Part shown: positions 54,854 through 64,000 of the stretch, one piece after another
Layout: each line of letters opens with the position of its first letter
Numbering within the stretch: position 1 is the first letter of the stretch
Notes under the pieces: model-generated
The model's database searches: none
Told to the model about the DNA's origin: nothing
Seen by the model: only the letters and a program-made list of their open reading frames with translations
Made by a program: the position numbers and the translations under genes
From: Candidatus Omnitrophota bacterium
Lineage (GTDB): Bacteria > Omnitrophota > Gorgyraeia > Duberdicusellales > 4484-171
Direction of reading: 5' to 3'
NCBI GenBank assembly: GCA_037146775.1
Contig: JBAWWL010000006.1
Span: 79,120 to 143,119 of the forward strand
DNA length: 64,000 nucleotides

Positions 54854-56547
54854 TTGTGTAATTTATTTATATCCATGCAATTTATTATGTCGCCTTTTTC
54901 AAGCCAGCCTCGACGGGCCACACTAATCCCCAGGCCTATGGACGTCAAATGTTCAAGCCTATGACTATCAGAACCCAAAGAAAGTTTTACGCCCATTTTT
55001 TTTGCCTGCATAACATGTATATCGTTCAAATCCAATCGGGAAGGATAACAGTTAATTTCCATGGCTACGCAATAATCCCGTGCAACCTTAAGGATTTCGT
55101 CAAGATCAATATCGTAAGCGGCTCGTGCCCCCCACAACCTTCCCGTTGGATGAGCGATCACGTTGACATATTTATTTTTACACGCAGCGATAATACGCTT
55201 GGTCAACTGACGCTTTGATTGTTTAAAGCCTGAATGTATCGCTGCGATTACCAAGTCGAACTCCTTCAAGAGACTATCGGGATAATCCAGCCGGCCATTT
55301 GCATCGATATCCACCTCAGTACCACACAGAAGCCGCAGCGCACTCTTGGTATTTATTTTTTTTATTTCTTCAATCTTTCGATACACCTCCCTCGCTGAAA
55401 GCCCGTGAGCAACTTTCAAGCCTTGTGAGTGATCACAGGCGCCAAGGTATTGATAACCAAGAGCGGAAGCCGCGTTCGCTATATCAGTCAACGAAGCCAA
55501 ACCGTCGCTATAGCGGGAATGTACGTGCAAGTCCCCTTTTATGTTTCCCAACGTAACCAGTTTCGGCAAACGGTTCTTCAAGGCTGCCTCTATTTCTCCC
55601 CGGTCTTCCCTGAGTTCTGGCGGTATAAAAGCCATATGCAGCAAGGAAAAAATAGCGCTCTCGGTTTTACCGGCTACACATTTTTCTTTTTTAAATACAC
55701 CGTACTCGTTCATTTTAAGGCCGTATTTTAGCGCCAGTTGGCGTATTTTTATATTAAATTCTTTCGACCCGGTAAAATAAAGCAAAGCCGAGCCAAAACA
55801 ACTTTTCTCAACTACCCGCAAATCAACCTGCATACCATTTTCTTTAGTGACAACTGACGACTTCGTTTCTCCCTTTACTAAAACGTTCTGCACCGACTCA
55901 CAGCTAGTAAAACGCGCCATCACCGGCAATGGTTTCTTTGATACCACCAAAATATCAATATCACGAACAGTATCTTTCCTACGGCGCAACGACCCTGCGA
56001 TTTCTATCGCCCCTACCTCCTCCATCGGCCGCAATACTTCAAAAAATTCTTCTGCCAGACGAAAAGCAAAATGCAAAGGAGTGCGGGCGCTGCCTTTTTC
56101 CAAAAGTTCTATGCCCCGTAAAATATTTTCTTCGGTTTTTTCCCGGATACCTTCCAAAATACGCAATTTCCCCTGGCGGGCAGCTTGCGCTAATTGAGGT
56201 ATGTTTTCTATATGCAATGTTTCATAAATCTTTTTCACCGTTTTTGGCCCCAAACCCGGTATTTCCGTCATCGCCACAACACCGGCAGGAATTTTCTTCT
56301 TCAACTCTTCGTAAAACTTTAGTTTTCCTGTTGTCACAAGTTCGGTAATTTTATCAGCCAGATCATTACCGATGCCGGGTAATGTTGTCAAATTGCCCTC
56401 TTGGACAAGCGCAAGAAGATCCTGGGTCAAATCTTCGATGATTTGCGCTGCACGCTCATAGGCACGGATACGAAAGGAGTTGCTTCCTTCAAGTTCTAAC
56501 AGTGTAGCGATTTCCCGCAGGATACGACAGATATCTTGATTCTTCAT
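54835..56547 (-). CDS. polX: DNA polymerase X family protein with C-terminal PHP phosphoesterase domain
   Basis: Pol-beta-like nucleotidyltransferase (GSLRRRKDTVRDIDILV), HhH motifs (LPGIG, IPGLGPKT) and PHP domain (DLHVHSRYSDG, HPTGR). 570 aa. Confidence 0.88.
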   Translation of the reverse strand: MKNQDICRILREIATLLELEGSNSFRIRAYERAAQIIEDLTQDLLALVQEGNLTTLPGIGNDLADKITELVTTGKLKFYEELKKKIPAGVVAMTEIPGLGPKTVKKIYETLHIENIPQLAQAARQGKLRILEGIREKTEENILRGIELLEKGSARTPLHFAFRLAEEFFEVLRPMEEVGAIEIAGSLRRRKDTVRDIDILVVSKKPLPVMARFTSCESVQNVLVKGETKSSVVTKENGMQVDLRVVEKSCFGSALLYFTGSKEFNIKIRQLALKYGLKMNEYGVFKKEKCVAGKTESAIFSLLHMAFIPPELREDRGEIEAALKNRLPKLVTLGNIKGDLHVHSRYSDGLASLTDIANAASALGYQYLGACDHSQGLKVAHGLSAREVYRKIEEIKKINTKSALRLLCGTEVDIDANGRLDYPDSLLKEFDLVIAAIHSGFKQSKRQLTKRIIAACKNKYVNVIAHPTGRLWGARAAYDIDLDEILKVARDYCVAMEINCYPSRLDLNDIHVMQAKKMGVKLSLGSDSHRLEHLTSIGLGISVARRGWLEKGDIINCMDINKLHKWLKKT

Positions 56548-56638
56548 ATAAAAAGCATCTTATAATAGGACAATTCGTACCAATAGTTGTGGTTTATCGA
56601 ATATGGATAAAAAGATTCACAGGTATGCGCAAACGCCA

Positions 56639-57073
56639 TTAACGTATGCGGTTTTTATAAGAAGCAGTAACTTTGTTTTTTGCTCCGCCGCGCACCGTAA
56701 ACTCTCCCGTAACAGTGATCTCGTGAGGATTTAAAACTCGCCGCAAATCCTCTAAAATCTTATTCACCACATGCTCGTTATAAATCTTAACATTACGATA
56801 AGAGTATAAGTAGTACTTTAACGACCTTAACTCAACCAGTTTTTTACGCGGAACATATTGTATAATAAGGCAGGCAAAATCAGGCAGGCCAGAAAAAGGG
56901 CACAATGAAGTAAACTCACCGTTTGAAAGTTCGACATTAATTCTGCGATGAGGATATTCATACCTAATAGTTTGCAATATCGACGAATCAATATCCTTGG
57001 GCAGAAAAGTATTCCCCAAGGTCTTTTTCGCTTTTTTTTCTATTGCGTTCGATAATCTATCTTCGTAAATCAT
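56639..57073 (-). CDS. queF: NADPH-dependent 7-cyano-7-deazaguanine reductase (type I QueF)
   Basis: QueF motif ELRSLKYYLYSY and the catalytic Cys in TSLCPFSGLPDF. 144 aa. Confidence 0.88.
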   Translation of the reverse strand: MIYEDRLSNAIEKKAKKTLGNTFLPKDIDSSILQTIRYEYPHRRINVELSNGEFTSLCPFSGLPDFACLIIQYVPRKKLVELRSLKYYLYSYRNVKIYNEHVVNKILEDLRRVLNPHEITVTGEFTVRGGAKNKVTASYKNRIR

Positions 57074-57148
57074 TGTATGATATGTTACTATACCGAGTAT
57101 TTATTATATCAAAGTTTTCAGGAAAAAGGTTGTAAATTTTAAAACAAC

Positions 57149-57889
57149 TCAGGCTGGCAAACGCTTGCGTTGTGCGGGAGCCTGGATATCAAAATCAAGA
57201 TGATAACAAAGGAATTCCCGCAAAATGTACGTGATTTCCTTTTCACAGTCACGAGAAGGATTCAAGCGCAGCATAAGGGAAAATTCGCTATTTTGGATAT
57301 ATACAAGCGAAGAAATGGTTTCCTTGCTAATTTTCCTTGCGTCACCCACCTGGCCATGGCAGTCGCCGCAGACCAAACCGCCACGGGAAACGCTAAAAAC
57401 AGATTCTTCCTGTATCCGGCCATGGCACATAATGCATTTATTGAATTCCGGCTTGAATCCCGAAATGGTCAAAAACTTAATCAAAAACATGTAACATATT
57501 TTCTTCTCTTCTCCTTGTTCAAGCGCTAAGAGCGCATTCTTGAGCAACGCAAACACCTCATAATTAACATCCCATGGCTGCATCGTCCTGTCAATCAGAT
57601 TCAAAAATAAGGCAGCTACTGTGGCCTTAGCGATATCTTTTCTTAAAAAATCATAGTCGTGCACTAAATCAGTAAAAGAGATAAGCCAGATATCGCGTTT
57701 CTTTGGATAAAAAACGAGCTCATTAAGACTAAAAATATCTAAATTGGATGAAAATTCTTTCTTCTGCGTATAGAACCCTTTTAAAATACCGGTTATCTTA
57801 CCAAAACGCAATGTATAGAGACTGGCGATAACGCTGGTTTCCCGGAAATTGTGCCGCCTCAATACGAATCCAACATCTTTCTCAACCAT
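57149..57889 (-). CDS. recO: DNA repair protein RecO
   Basis: OB-fold N-terminus and a C4 zinc motif (CIMCHG...CGDCHG). 246 aa. Confidence 0.8.
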   Translation of the reverse strand: MVEKDVGFVLRRHNFRETSVIASLYTLRFGKITGILKGFYTQKKEFSSNLDIFSLNELVFYPKKRDIWLISFTDLVHDYDFLRKDIAKATVAALFLNLIDRTMQPWDVNYEVFALLKNALLALEQGEEKKICYMFLIKFLTISGFKPEFNKCIMCHGRIQEESVFSVSRGGLVCGDCHGQVGDARKISKETISSLVYIQNSEFSLMLRLNPSRDCEKEITYILREFLCYHLDFDIQAPAQRKRLPA

Positions 57890-57940
57890 ATGTTTGCGCC
57901 ATATAAAACATTACGTTCATATGTATGCACCGCACTGTTA

Positions 57941-58420
57941 TCAACTTTTTCCCACGGCTACACGCGTTCTAAGTGCGCCTAGCAGATACTTCTCTTTTTG
58001 CCGCATCAAGTCTCTATCTTTCTTTTTAATATCATCATACCCCAAAAGATGCAAAATGCCATGGATAAGATATAAAAGCATTTCTTCATACCAATAAACT
58101 CCGTAACATTTAGCCTGTCGCACCGCCTCCTCAACCGAGACCACCACCTCACCCAGATACCCCGGATCGAATTCATCATCAAGTATAAAAGCGATAACAT
58201 CCGTAACGCGGCGACGGTGCAAAAATTTTTGATTTAAGGAAGTAATTAAAGTATTGTCACACAGGAGGAAGGATATACGTTTCGAGCGGATACCAAGCAG
58301 CTCATACACATCTCGCAATACATACGATAGCTTTTTAGGACTTATTTTCTTTATCTTTTGGTGATTTGTTATTTCTATCTTCATCCTTCGAGTAGTTAAC
58401 GCGGGTGTGGAAAAGTGCAT
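57941..58420 (-). CDS. ybeY: rRNA maturation endoribonuclease YbeY
   Basis: H3 metal motif HGILHLLGYDD. The real start is probably the internal MKIEI. Confidence 0.92.
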   Translation of the reverse strand: MHFSTPALTTRRMKIEITNHQKIKKISPKKLSYVLRDVYELLGIRSKRISFLLCDNTLITSLNQKFLHRRRVTDVIAFILDDEFDPGYLGEVVVSVEEAVRQAKCYGVYWYEEMLLYLIHGILHLLGYDDIKKKDRDLMRQKEKYLLGALRTRVAVGKS

Positions 58421-59735
58421 TTAGTATATGAGTAAACTTTTCCGTGATTTTTTCTAGGTCTTTAAGGGTAAGCGTGCTCTCGTCGAGCTCGCCCTCCAAA
58501 AAGCGCTTTTTCATTACTTCCCGTACCATTTCTTCTATCCGGGAAGGTGTCGGCTCGTCTAAGGTACGCGATAAAGCCTCAATAGTATCTGCCAACGCCA
58601 CAATCGCAGTCTCTTTGCTCTGCGGCTTAGGGCCGGCATAACGATAATCCTCTTCATGCTCTTTTTCCGGTTCAAGTTCTTTGGCCCGCTGATAAAAATA
58701 ATAAACCAAAGTCCGGCCATGATGTTCGGAAATAAAATCAATAATACGGGGTTTAAGCTTATATTTACGCGCAAATTCAATACCATCCTTAACATGATTC
58801 ATAATAATAATTTTGCTCATTGACGGCTTCAAGTCCTTATGACTATCCTTATAGCCGATAACATTCTCGACGAAATAGTTTGGCTTCACCATCTTACCTA
58901 TATCATGATAATAGGCACCTACCCGCGCAAGCAAAGCATTAGCGCCAATTGCCTGCGCAGCCGCTTCGCTCAAATTTCCCACTACCAGCGAATGTTGATA
59001 CGTTCCGGGGGCCTCCAGGATAAGGCGGCGCAACAAAGGATGATTGAATCCCGAAAGTTCAAAAAGAGAAATGTTGGTCACCACTTTAAAGATATATTCG
59101 AAAACAGGAAGAGACCCTAATACAACTATTGAAGAAATCAAACCGCTTAAGAGACAAAATAAAAGCAAACTAAAATCGGCGCCGGGAAACGGCATAAAGA
59201 GCTGTTCTCCCCTCACTCGCTCAATGAGTATAGCCACGACACATTGGACAAGACCCGCCACAAGCCCTGCTTTTAGTATCTGAAAACGGCCCTGGACCCG
59301 GAAAGAAAGAATAGAGGCGGTCAGGGCTGCGGCAAACAAACTCATACCAACGTTTAAATTGCAGCCATCAATGCTAGTACCCATTGAAAGAAAAAAAAGC
59401 GAAAACAAAAATGAAAGCTCAAGATTATCGAAAAGTAAAGTCACCAGCATCGCCATCGCAATAGCAGGAATACCATAGGCGGTAAGCTTGAACGTAATAG
59501 TAACCAGTATAGATAAAAGTATCCCCAGTGCTCCCAGTAAACACAGGTCGAAAGCGGATGGAGACGTTTCACTTCGCTTTGAAATGTTAAGGTATACGAT
59601 AAGTATAAACGCAAAAATCAAAGGAGAAATATCTATGGAATAGATGAAAAAAATAGTGGCCGCACCCAGAAAAAAAAGCACGGAGACCAGGAGGCTGTAT
59701 GGATTAATTAGCTTTTTCCCTATAGAAATTTTCAT
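58335..59735 (-). CDS. 7TM receptor with intracellular HD phosphohydrolase (YqfF/PgpH-like; candidate cyclic-di-AMP phosphodiesterase)
   Basis: Seven N-terminal TM helices and a C-terminal HD domain (YYHDIGK). It sits in the conserved phoH-yqfF-ybeY context. Confidence 0.85.
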   Translation of the reverse strand: MKISIGKKLINPYSLLVSVLFFLGAATIFFIYSIDISPLIFAFILIVYLNISKRSETSPSAFDLCLLGALGILLSILVTITFKLTAYGIPAIAMAMLVTLLFDNLELSFLFSLFFLSMGTSIDGCNLNVGMSLFAAALTASILSFRVQGRFQILKAGLVAGLVQCVVAILIERVRGEQLFMPFPGADFSLLLFCLLSGLISSIVVLGSLPVFEYIFKVVTNISLFELSGFNHPLLRRLILEAPGTYQHSLVVGNLSEAAAQAIGANALLARVGAYYHDIGKMVKPNYFVENVIGYKDSHKDLKPSMSKIIIMNHVKDGIEFARKYKLKPRIIDFISEHHGRTLVYYFYQRAKELEPEKEHEEDYRYAGPKPQSKETAIVALADTIEALSRTLDEPTPSRIEEMVREVMKKRFLEGELDESTLTLKDLEKITEKFTHILNALFHTRVNYSKDEDRNNKSPKDKENKS

Positions 59736-60669
59736 ATGCCTGAATTATTTTTTGAATCAAAGGATTTCGCACCACATCATTTCTGCCTAAATAAACAAAT
59801 TTGATATCCTCTATCGCTTTTAAAATCTCGACTCCCTCAAGGAGCCCTACCGGTTTTCCGCCCGGAAGATCGCTTTGCGTAATATCACCGGTAATCACGG
59901 CTTTCGAATCAAACCCCAAACGGGTAATGAACATTTTCAGCTGTTCGGTAGTACAGTTCTGCGCTTCATCCAAAATAACAAATGCATTATTTAAAGTTCT
60001 ACCTCGCATATAGGCCAACGGGGCCACTTCAATGACCCCTGTTTCGATAAATTCTTCTATCATTTCTGCTTCCATCATATCATAAAGCGCATCGTAAAGC
60101 GGCCTAAGATACGGTCCCATTTTTTCTGCCATATCGCCAGGCAGAAACCCCAGCGACTCCCCTGCCTCGATGGCCGGTCTGGTCAAAATAATCCTGCCGA
60201 CATTCTTACGCATGAGAAAGTTAACCGCCAAAGCCATAGCTAAATAAGTTTTGCCGGTTCCTGCGGGGCCAATAGAAAAAATGACATCATGTTTGCGTAT
60301 CGCTTTAATGTAATCCTGCTGTCCTTGTGTTTTAGGCAACACCAACCGTTTACGCGTTGAAAAGACACGGATGCCTTGGCTATCTTCATCCTGACGCACC
60401 CCCTCATCTCCGGATAGGTGAACGGCATTAAGATACTGACTAAGTTCTGTTTGGCTGAATACCATTCCTTCCCGGGCTAAATCCATCATCTTAGTAATAA
60501 AATGTAAAGCTTTTTCTATCCGCTTGCTTTCGCCCTTGACAAGGATGCCGTCGGCACGCAAAGCAATCGTTACTTTCAATTCTTTTTCGATGAATCGTAA
60601 GTTTTTGTCCTCTATACCACAAATATCTCGTACCCGAGAATAGTCGTCAATCTTGATAAGCTTTTCCAT
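59704..60669 (-). CDS. phoH: PhoH-like ATPase (KH domain + P-loop NTPase)
   Basis: Walker A motif GPAGTGKT. 321 aa. Confidence 0.9.
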   Translation of the reverse strand: MEKLIKIDDYSRVRDICGIEDKNLRFIEKELKVTIALRADGILVKGESKRIEKALHFITKMMDLAREGMVFSQTELSQYLNAVHLSGDEGVRQDEDSQGIRVFSTRKRLVLPKTQGQQDYIKAIRKHDVIFSIGPAGTGKTYLAMALAVNFLMRKNVGRIILTRPAIEAGESLGFLPGDMAEKMGPYLRPLYDALYDMMEAEMIEEFIETGVIEVAPLAYMRGRTLNNAFVILDEAQNCTTEQLKMFITRLGFDSKAVITGDITQSDLPGGKPVGLLEGVEILKAIEDIKFVYLGRNDVVRNPLIQKIIQAYENFYREKAN

Positions 60670-60753
60670 GACAAAAAAATACGTATCGGCACCGACGTCA
60701 TGTGCATAACATACTCACTGCCGACACACTGAAAAACGCAGAATAGTATATTC

Positions 60754-61320
60754 CTATTTTTCTAAAACAGGTATTTTGATTGTTTTCCCCGGATAGACCT
60801 TGTCGGGACTCGCAAGAACGTCTCTGTTCTCTTCGTAAAGCTTGTGCCACTTTTTTGTGGTACCGTAGAACTTTTGCGATATTTTTTGAAGCGTATCGTT
60901 CTTTTCTATTTTGTAATAATTATATTTCTTTTCTGTAGTCGGCTCCAGTTCATTTTCCTCGATTTCTTCTTCTGTCACTGCTTCGTCAACAACGGTTTCT
61001 TGAGCCTGAATCTGAGGGGCTTGCACCTTTTCTTTCGAGATAGGATGCGAACCCAACTCTACCTCCAGCACCGAAATAGTACGTGTGTCTTTTAGATGTG
61101 TTGTTTTCTCCGATGACGACGGCGTACCAAATAAATAACCCTGATTACCTTCCACGGTAGTATCTACTCTTGGCTTCTCGACAGTATACGTACGCGTCAA
61201 ACAACCGCTCAAGAAAAATACGCCGATAGCTATCCATACATACCTCATACTACCTCCCTCCTTACATCCATAACTCTCGCGCCCGCAATGGTTTACGGTA
61301 CAAAACACGCCCGATTTCAA
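60754..61320 (-). CDS. LysM domain lipoprotein
   Basis: Lipobox (FFLSGC; the likely start is MRYVWIAIG), an acidic linker and a C-terminal LysM (YYKIEKNDTLQKISQKFYG...YPGKTIKIP). Confidence 0.7.
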   Translation of the reverse strand: MKSGVFCTVNHCGRESYGCKEGGSMRYVWIAIGVFFLSGCLTRTYTVEKPRVDTTVEGNQGYLFGTPSSSEKTTHLKDTRTISVLEVELGSHPISKEKVQAPQIQAQETVVDEAVTEEEIEENELEPTTEKKYNYYKIEKNDTLQKISQKFYGTTKKWHKLYEENRDVLASPDKVYPGKTIKIPVLEK

Positions 61321-61356
61321 AACCCGGTAGTGAACGCAAGAATTAAACGATATTAT

Positions 61357-62748
61357 TTATTCCTTCTTCTCCTCCTGAACTAACTTGATATAAATCTCTT
61401 TCAGCTGTTTTTCTTCCACCATCGAAGGTGCATCGGATAACGGACAAATACCTTTTTGCGTTTTAGGAAATGCGATAACATCCCGGATACTTTCTGAATT
61501 GGTAATAATTGCATAAAGACGGTCGAGGCCGAAGGCGATGCCGCCATGAGGCGGAGCACCGTATTTGAACGCGCGCAGCAGAAATCCAAACTTTTTCTCG
61601 GCATCCTCGGTAGATATACCTAAGATATTAAAAATCTTTCCCTGCAATACCGGCGAATGGATTCTGATAGAACCACCGGCAATTTCCTGGCCGTTCAAGA
61701 TAAGATCGTAGGCTCTGGCTTTTACCTGCGACAGGTCGTTACTGTCCAGAAGCGGAATATCCTGCACTTGCGGTGACGTGAACGGATGATGACATGCCTG
61801 CCATCGTTTCTCTTCCTGACTATATTCAAACAACGGAAAATCCACTACCCAGCAAAAACGGTACTCTCCTTCTCCGATGTCCGGTTTGTCTGAATTATAT
61901 TTTTCCATCGCATGACGATAAGAAATGCGCGTAAAAGGCGTTTTTATTTCCTTCCCCAATACCGTCTTGAATGTATAGGCAACTAATTCCTCCATTAAAC
62001 CGATGATATCTTCTTCTTCAATGAAAGACATCTCGATATCAAGCTGAGTAAATTCCGGTTGACGGTCTTTGCGTAAATCCTCGTCACGGAAACAGCGCGC
62101 TACTTGATAATACCGGTCCATGCCTGCCACCATAAGAATCTGTTTAAAAAGTTGGGGCGATTGCGGAAGAGCGTAAAAACGATTGGGATTCAAGCGCGAA
62201 GGAACCAAGAAATCTCTCGCGCCCTCAGGCGTCGATTTAGTAAGAAACGGCGTTTCTATTTCCAGAAACTCGCGTTCATTCAAAAAACTTCTCATAGCTT
62301 GATTGTAGGTGTGGCGCAGCATTATCTTCTCTAAAGATTTCCTTCTACGTAAATCAAGATAGCGGTAGGCGAGTTTCACTTCTTCGCCGATATCGATATT
62401 GTCATCAATCGCAAAGGGCAAATCAAGCGACGGATTAAAAATTTCTAGCTCCTGAGCCAACACTTCGACAAAACCGGTAGGTAGCTTGGGGTTCTCTGTT
62501 CCTTTTGGCCGAGGATTGACTGTGCCTTTAATCCGAATAACATCCTCGCTGCGCAAGCTCTTTGCTTTTTCGTAAGTTTCCTTGTCCGGCTTAGGTAAAA
62601 AAACTACCTGGGTAAGGCCGTATCTATCCCTGATATCAATAAAAATAATTTTTCCGTGGTCACGGCGGGACGCAACCCATCCGCAAAGCGTTGTTGCGCT
62701 GTTAATATAATCCTGAGTTAATTCACCGCACGTATGTATTCTAAGCAT
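61357..62748 (-). CDS. aspS: aspartyl-tRNA synthetase, bacterial type but lacking the GAD insertion domain
   Basis: MLRIHTCGEL N-terminus, QSPQLFKQ, and class II motifs (FRDEDLR, GLDRL). Only ~20 residues (DKPDIGEGEYRFCWVVDFPLFE) lie where bacterial AspRS carries the ~100 aa GAD domain. 463 aa. Confidence 0.9.
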   Translation of the reverse strand: MLRIHTCGELTQDYINSATTLCGWVASRRDHGKIIFIDIRDRYGLTQVVFLPKPDKETYEKAKSLRSEDVIRIKGTVNPRPKGTENPKLPTGFVEVLAQELEIFNPSLDLPFAIDDNIDIGEEVKLAYRYLDLRRRKSLEKIMLRHTYNQAMRSFLNEREFLEIETPFLTKSTPEGARDFLVPSRLNPNRFYALPQSPQLFKQILMVAGMDRYYQVARCFRDEDLRKDRQPEFTQLDIEMSFIEEEDIIGLMEELVAYTFKTVLGKEIKTPFTRISYRHAMEKYNSDKPDIGEGEYRFCWVVDFPLFEYSQEEKRWQACHHPFTSPQVQDIPLLDSNDLSQVKARAYDLILNGQEIAGGSIRIHSPVLQGKIFNILGISTEDAEKKFGFLLRAFKYGAPPHGGIAFGLDRLYAIITNSESIRDVIAFPKTQKGICPLSDAPSMVEEKQLKEIYIKLVQEEKKE

Positions 62749-63985
62749 AGCGTTTTAAAAAAGAAAGTATGTCCTGTTTTTTTATTTTTTCTTGGGTGGA
62801 TTGAGCCATATTCTTTATCATTACGGCTCCTTCCTTCCATTCTTCTTCACCCATAATAATCACAAACTGCGCGCCTTTTCTTTCGGCAGTACGTAGCTGC
62901 GCCTTGAGAGATTTAGCGCAATAATCCGTATCGCAAGAAATGCCTGCCTGCCGTATAGTCTGGATCAAATTCAAGCTCTCCTGGCGTAAAGTTTCGCCTA
63001 TCACAGAGACAAAGACCTTTATAGCCGCCCCTTCGCCGCTCTCCTTCAAAAGAAGTAATACTCGTTCCACTCCGAAAGCAAAACCAATTGCAGGAATGTC
63101 CGGACCACCCAGGCGCGTAATAAGATTGTTATATCTTCCCCCGGCGCCTACGGCGTCTTGCGAGCCTAAAGCTTCAGAGGTAATTTCAAAAACCGTGTTG
63201 GTATAATAATCAAGTCCTCGCACAAGATAGGGGCTATGAGTATAAGAAATGCCTAAGCCGTCCAGCAAAGCAAGAACTGCGCGAAAATGCAACCGGCAGG
63301 ATTCACACAAATGGCTATCTCCCAATGCAAGAGACGCGACAACTTTTTTACACCGCTCTTCTTTGCAGTCAACGATACGCAAAGGATTTTTTTCTAGCCG
63401 GCGCTGACAATCTTCGCACAACTCTTTTTTTCTTTCTGCCAAGCTTTGATGCAGACTTCTTGCGAAACGCTCTTTATCTTCTGCACAACCCAGAGTGTTA
63501 ATCTTTAAAGTTTTCTGAGTTATACCCATTGCCTCTAGAATACTAAGCGCGACACTCACTACCTCAGCGTCGATAAGAGGCTGAGCTGAGCCAATCGCTT
63601 CGACGCCAATATGATGAAACTGGCGCAACCTTCCCTTCTGCGGCCTCTCTCCGCGAAACATTGGACCAATATAGGAAAATTTATAGAAATCGCTCTGTGT
63701 ATGAAGCGCATTTTCTAAGTAATATCTGATAACCTGAGCGGTCCCTTCCGGACGCAGCACAATTTCTTTATCTTGTATCTTAAACATCTGTCGCTCGACA
63801 ATATCGGTTGCTTCCCCTACGCCCCTCTTGAATAAACCCTCTTCCTCTAGAATCGGCAGGCTGATCTCTTCGTAGCCACAGCGCTTAAAAATATCCCGTG
63901 CCATGCAAACAAGCATATTAAAAAGGCGGGTTTCTTGAGGACCAAAATCATGGGTTCCCCTGATGCTTTGATAGGTTTTTACCAT
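62741..63985 (-). CDS. hisS: histidyl-tRNA synthetase
   Basis: Class II motifs (FRGERPQKGRLRQFHH, GGRYNNL, AIGFAFGVERVLLLL). 414 aa. It overlaps aspS by 8 nt. Confidence 0.92.
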   Translation of the reverse strand: MVKTYQSIRGTHDFGPQETRLFNMLVCMARDIFKRCGYEEISLPILEEEGLFKRGVGEATDIVERQMFKIQDKEIVLRPEGTAQVIRYYLENALHTQSDFYKFSYIGPMFRGERPQKGRLRQFHHIGVEAIGSAQPLIDAEVVSVALSILEAMGITQKTLKINTLGCAEDKERFARSLHQSLAERKKELCEDCQRRLEKNPLRIVDCKEERCKKVVASLALGDSHLCESCRLHFRAVLALLDGLGISYTHSPYLVRGLDYYTNTVFEITSEALGSQDAVGAGGRYNNLITRLGGPDIPAIGFAFGVERVLLLLKESGEGAAIKVFVSVIGETLRQESLNLIQTIRQAGISCDTDYCAKSLKAQLRTAERKGAQFVIIMGEEEWKEGAVMIKNMAQSTQEKIKKQDILSFLKRYA

Positions 63986-64000
63986 ATAAAGTGCGGAGCT

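Noticed and set aside
55847-56348. 116 and 139 aa plus-strand ORFs
   Set aside because: Antisense within polX, with no independent support.
58335-58420. 86 bp overlap between the 7TM-HD gene and ybeY
   Set aside because: This is probably an ORF-caller artefact. ybeY most likely starts at the internal MKIEI (about 58384), leaving a short, ordinary overlap.

Overview
This is a 64 kb bacterial chromosomal window, AT-rich and Firmicutes-like in local gene order. I see 68 protein genes and no rRNA, tRNA or CRISPR. Every housekeeping gene is on the minus strand. Transcribed from the high to the low coordinate, the order is: hisS-aspS, a LysM lipoprotein, phoH / 7TM-HD (PgpH-like) / ybeY, recO, queF, polX, apbE, panB, a purine cluster (purB, purS-purL fusion, purQ, purF, purM, SPFH protein, purD, secreted protein, purE), a TsaC-phosphatase fusion, rpiB, glyA, dCMP deaminase, nrdR, a CCA-enzyme paralog, a Macro-Nudix fusion, recG, rsmD, coaD, yceD-rpmF-plsX-fabH-fabD-fabG-acpP-fabF, leuC-leuD-(small ORF)-leuB, two secreted paralogs, asd, truA, xerC/D, a second CCA/PAP paralog, rbfA-nrnA-truB-ribF, and the division/cell-wall cluster mraZ-rsmH-ftsL-ftsI-murE-murF-mraY-murD (murD cut by the window edge). 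The only plus-strand genes lie in a 1.6 kb islet at 16.4-18.05 kb between truA and asd. The islet holds a secreted hypothetical protein and a yefM-yoeB toxin-antitoxin pair, and it is bounded and divided by three copies of a ~175 bp hairpin-rich repeat. The repeat ends in GTCTAAC...GTTAGAT, which resembles integron attC core boxes, so this may be a cassette array without a local integrase, or a MITE-bounded islet. The second system-level observation is a family of heptanucleotide tandem repeats. A (CTTCTGA)16 array plus (ACAAATA)5 sits in-frame at the 5' end of apbE. The same heptamer is inserted in a loop of asd, and a degenerate copy sits in purQ. STRR-like (AAYCCTA)/(GTTTAGN) arrays in inverted orientation lie upstream of purD. 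Domain architectures worth a look are Macro+Nudix, TsaC/YrdC+LMW-PTP next to rpiB-glyA, PurS-PurS-PurL, an AspRS lacking the GAD insertion, and two CCA-family paralogs (with and without HD). Candidate operators are a perfect 21 bp palindrome inside the fab operon, GATTACACAGATT repeats upstream of purM, and a GTAC-core operator for yefM-yoeB. Everything is from reading the sequence and the supplied ORF translations. No database search was run.
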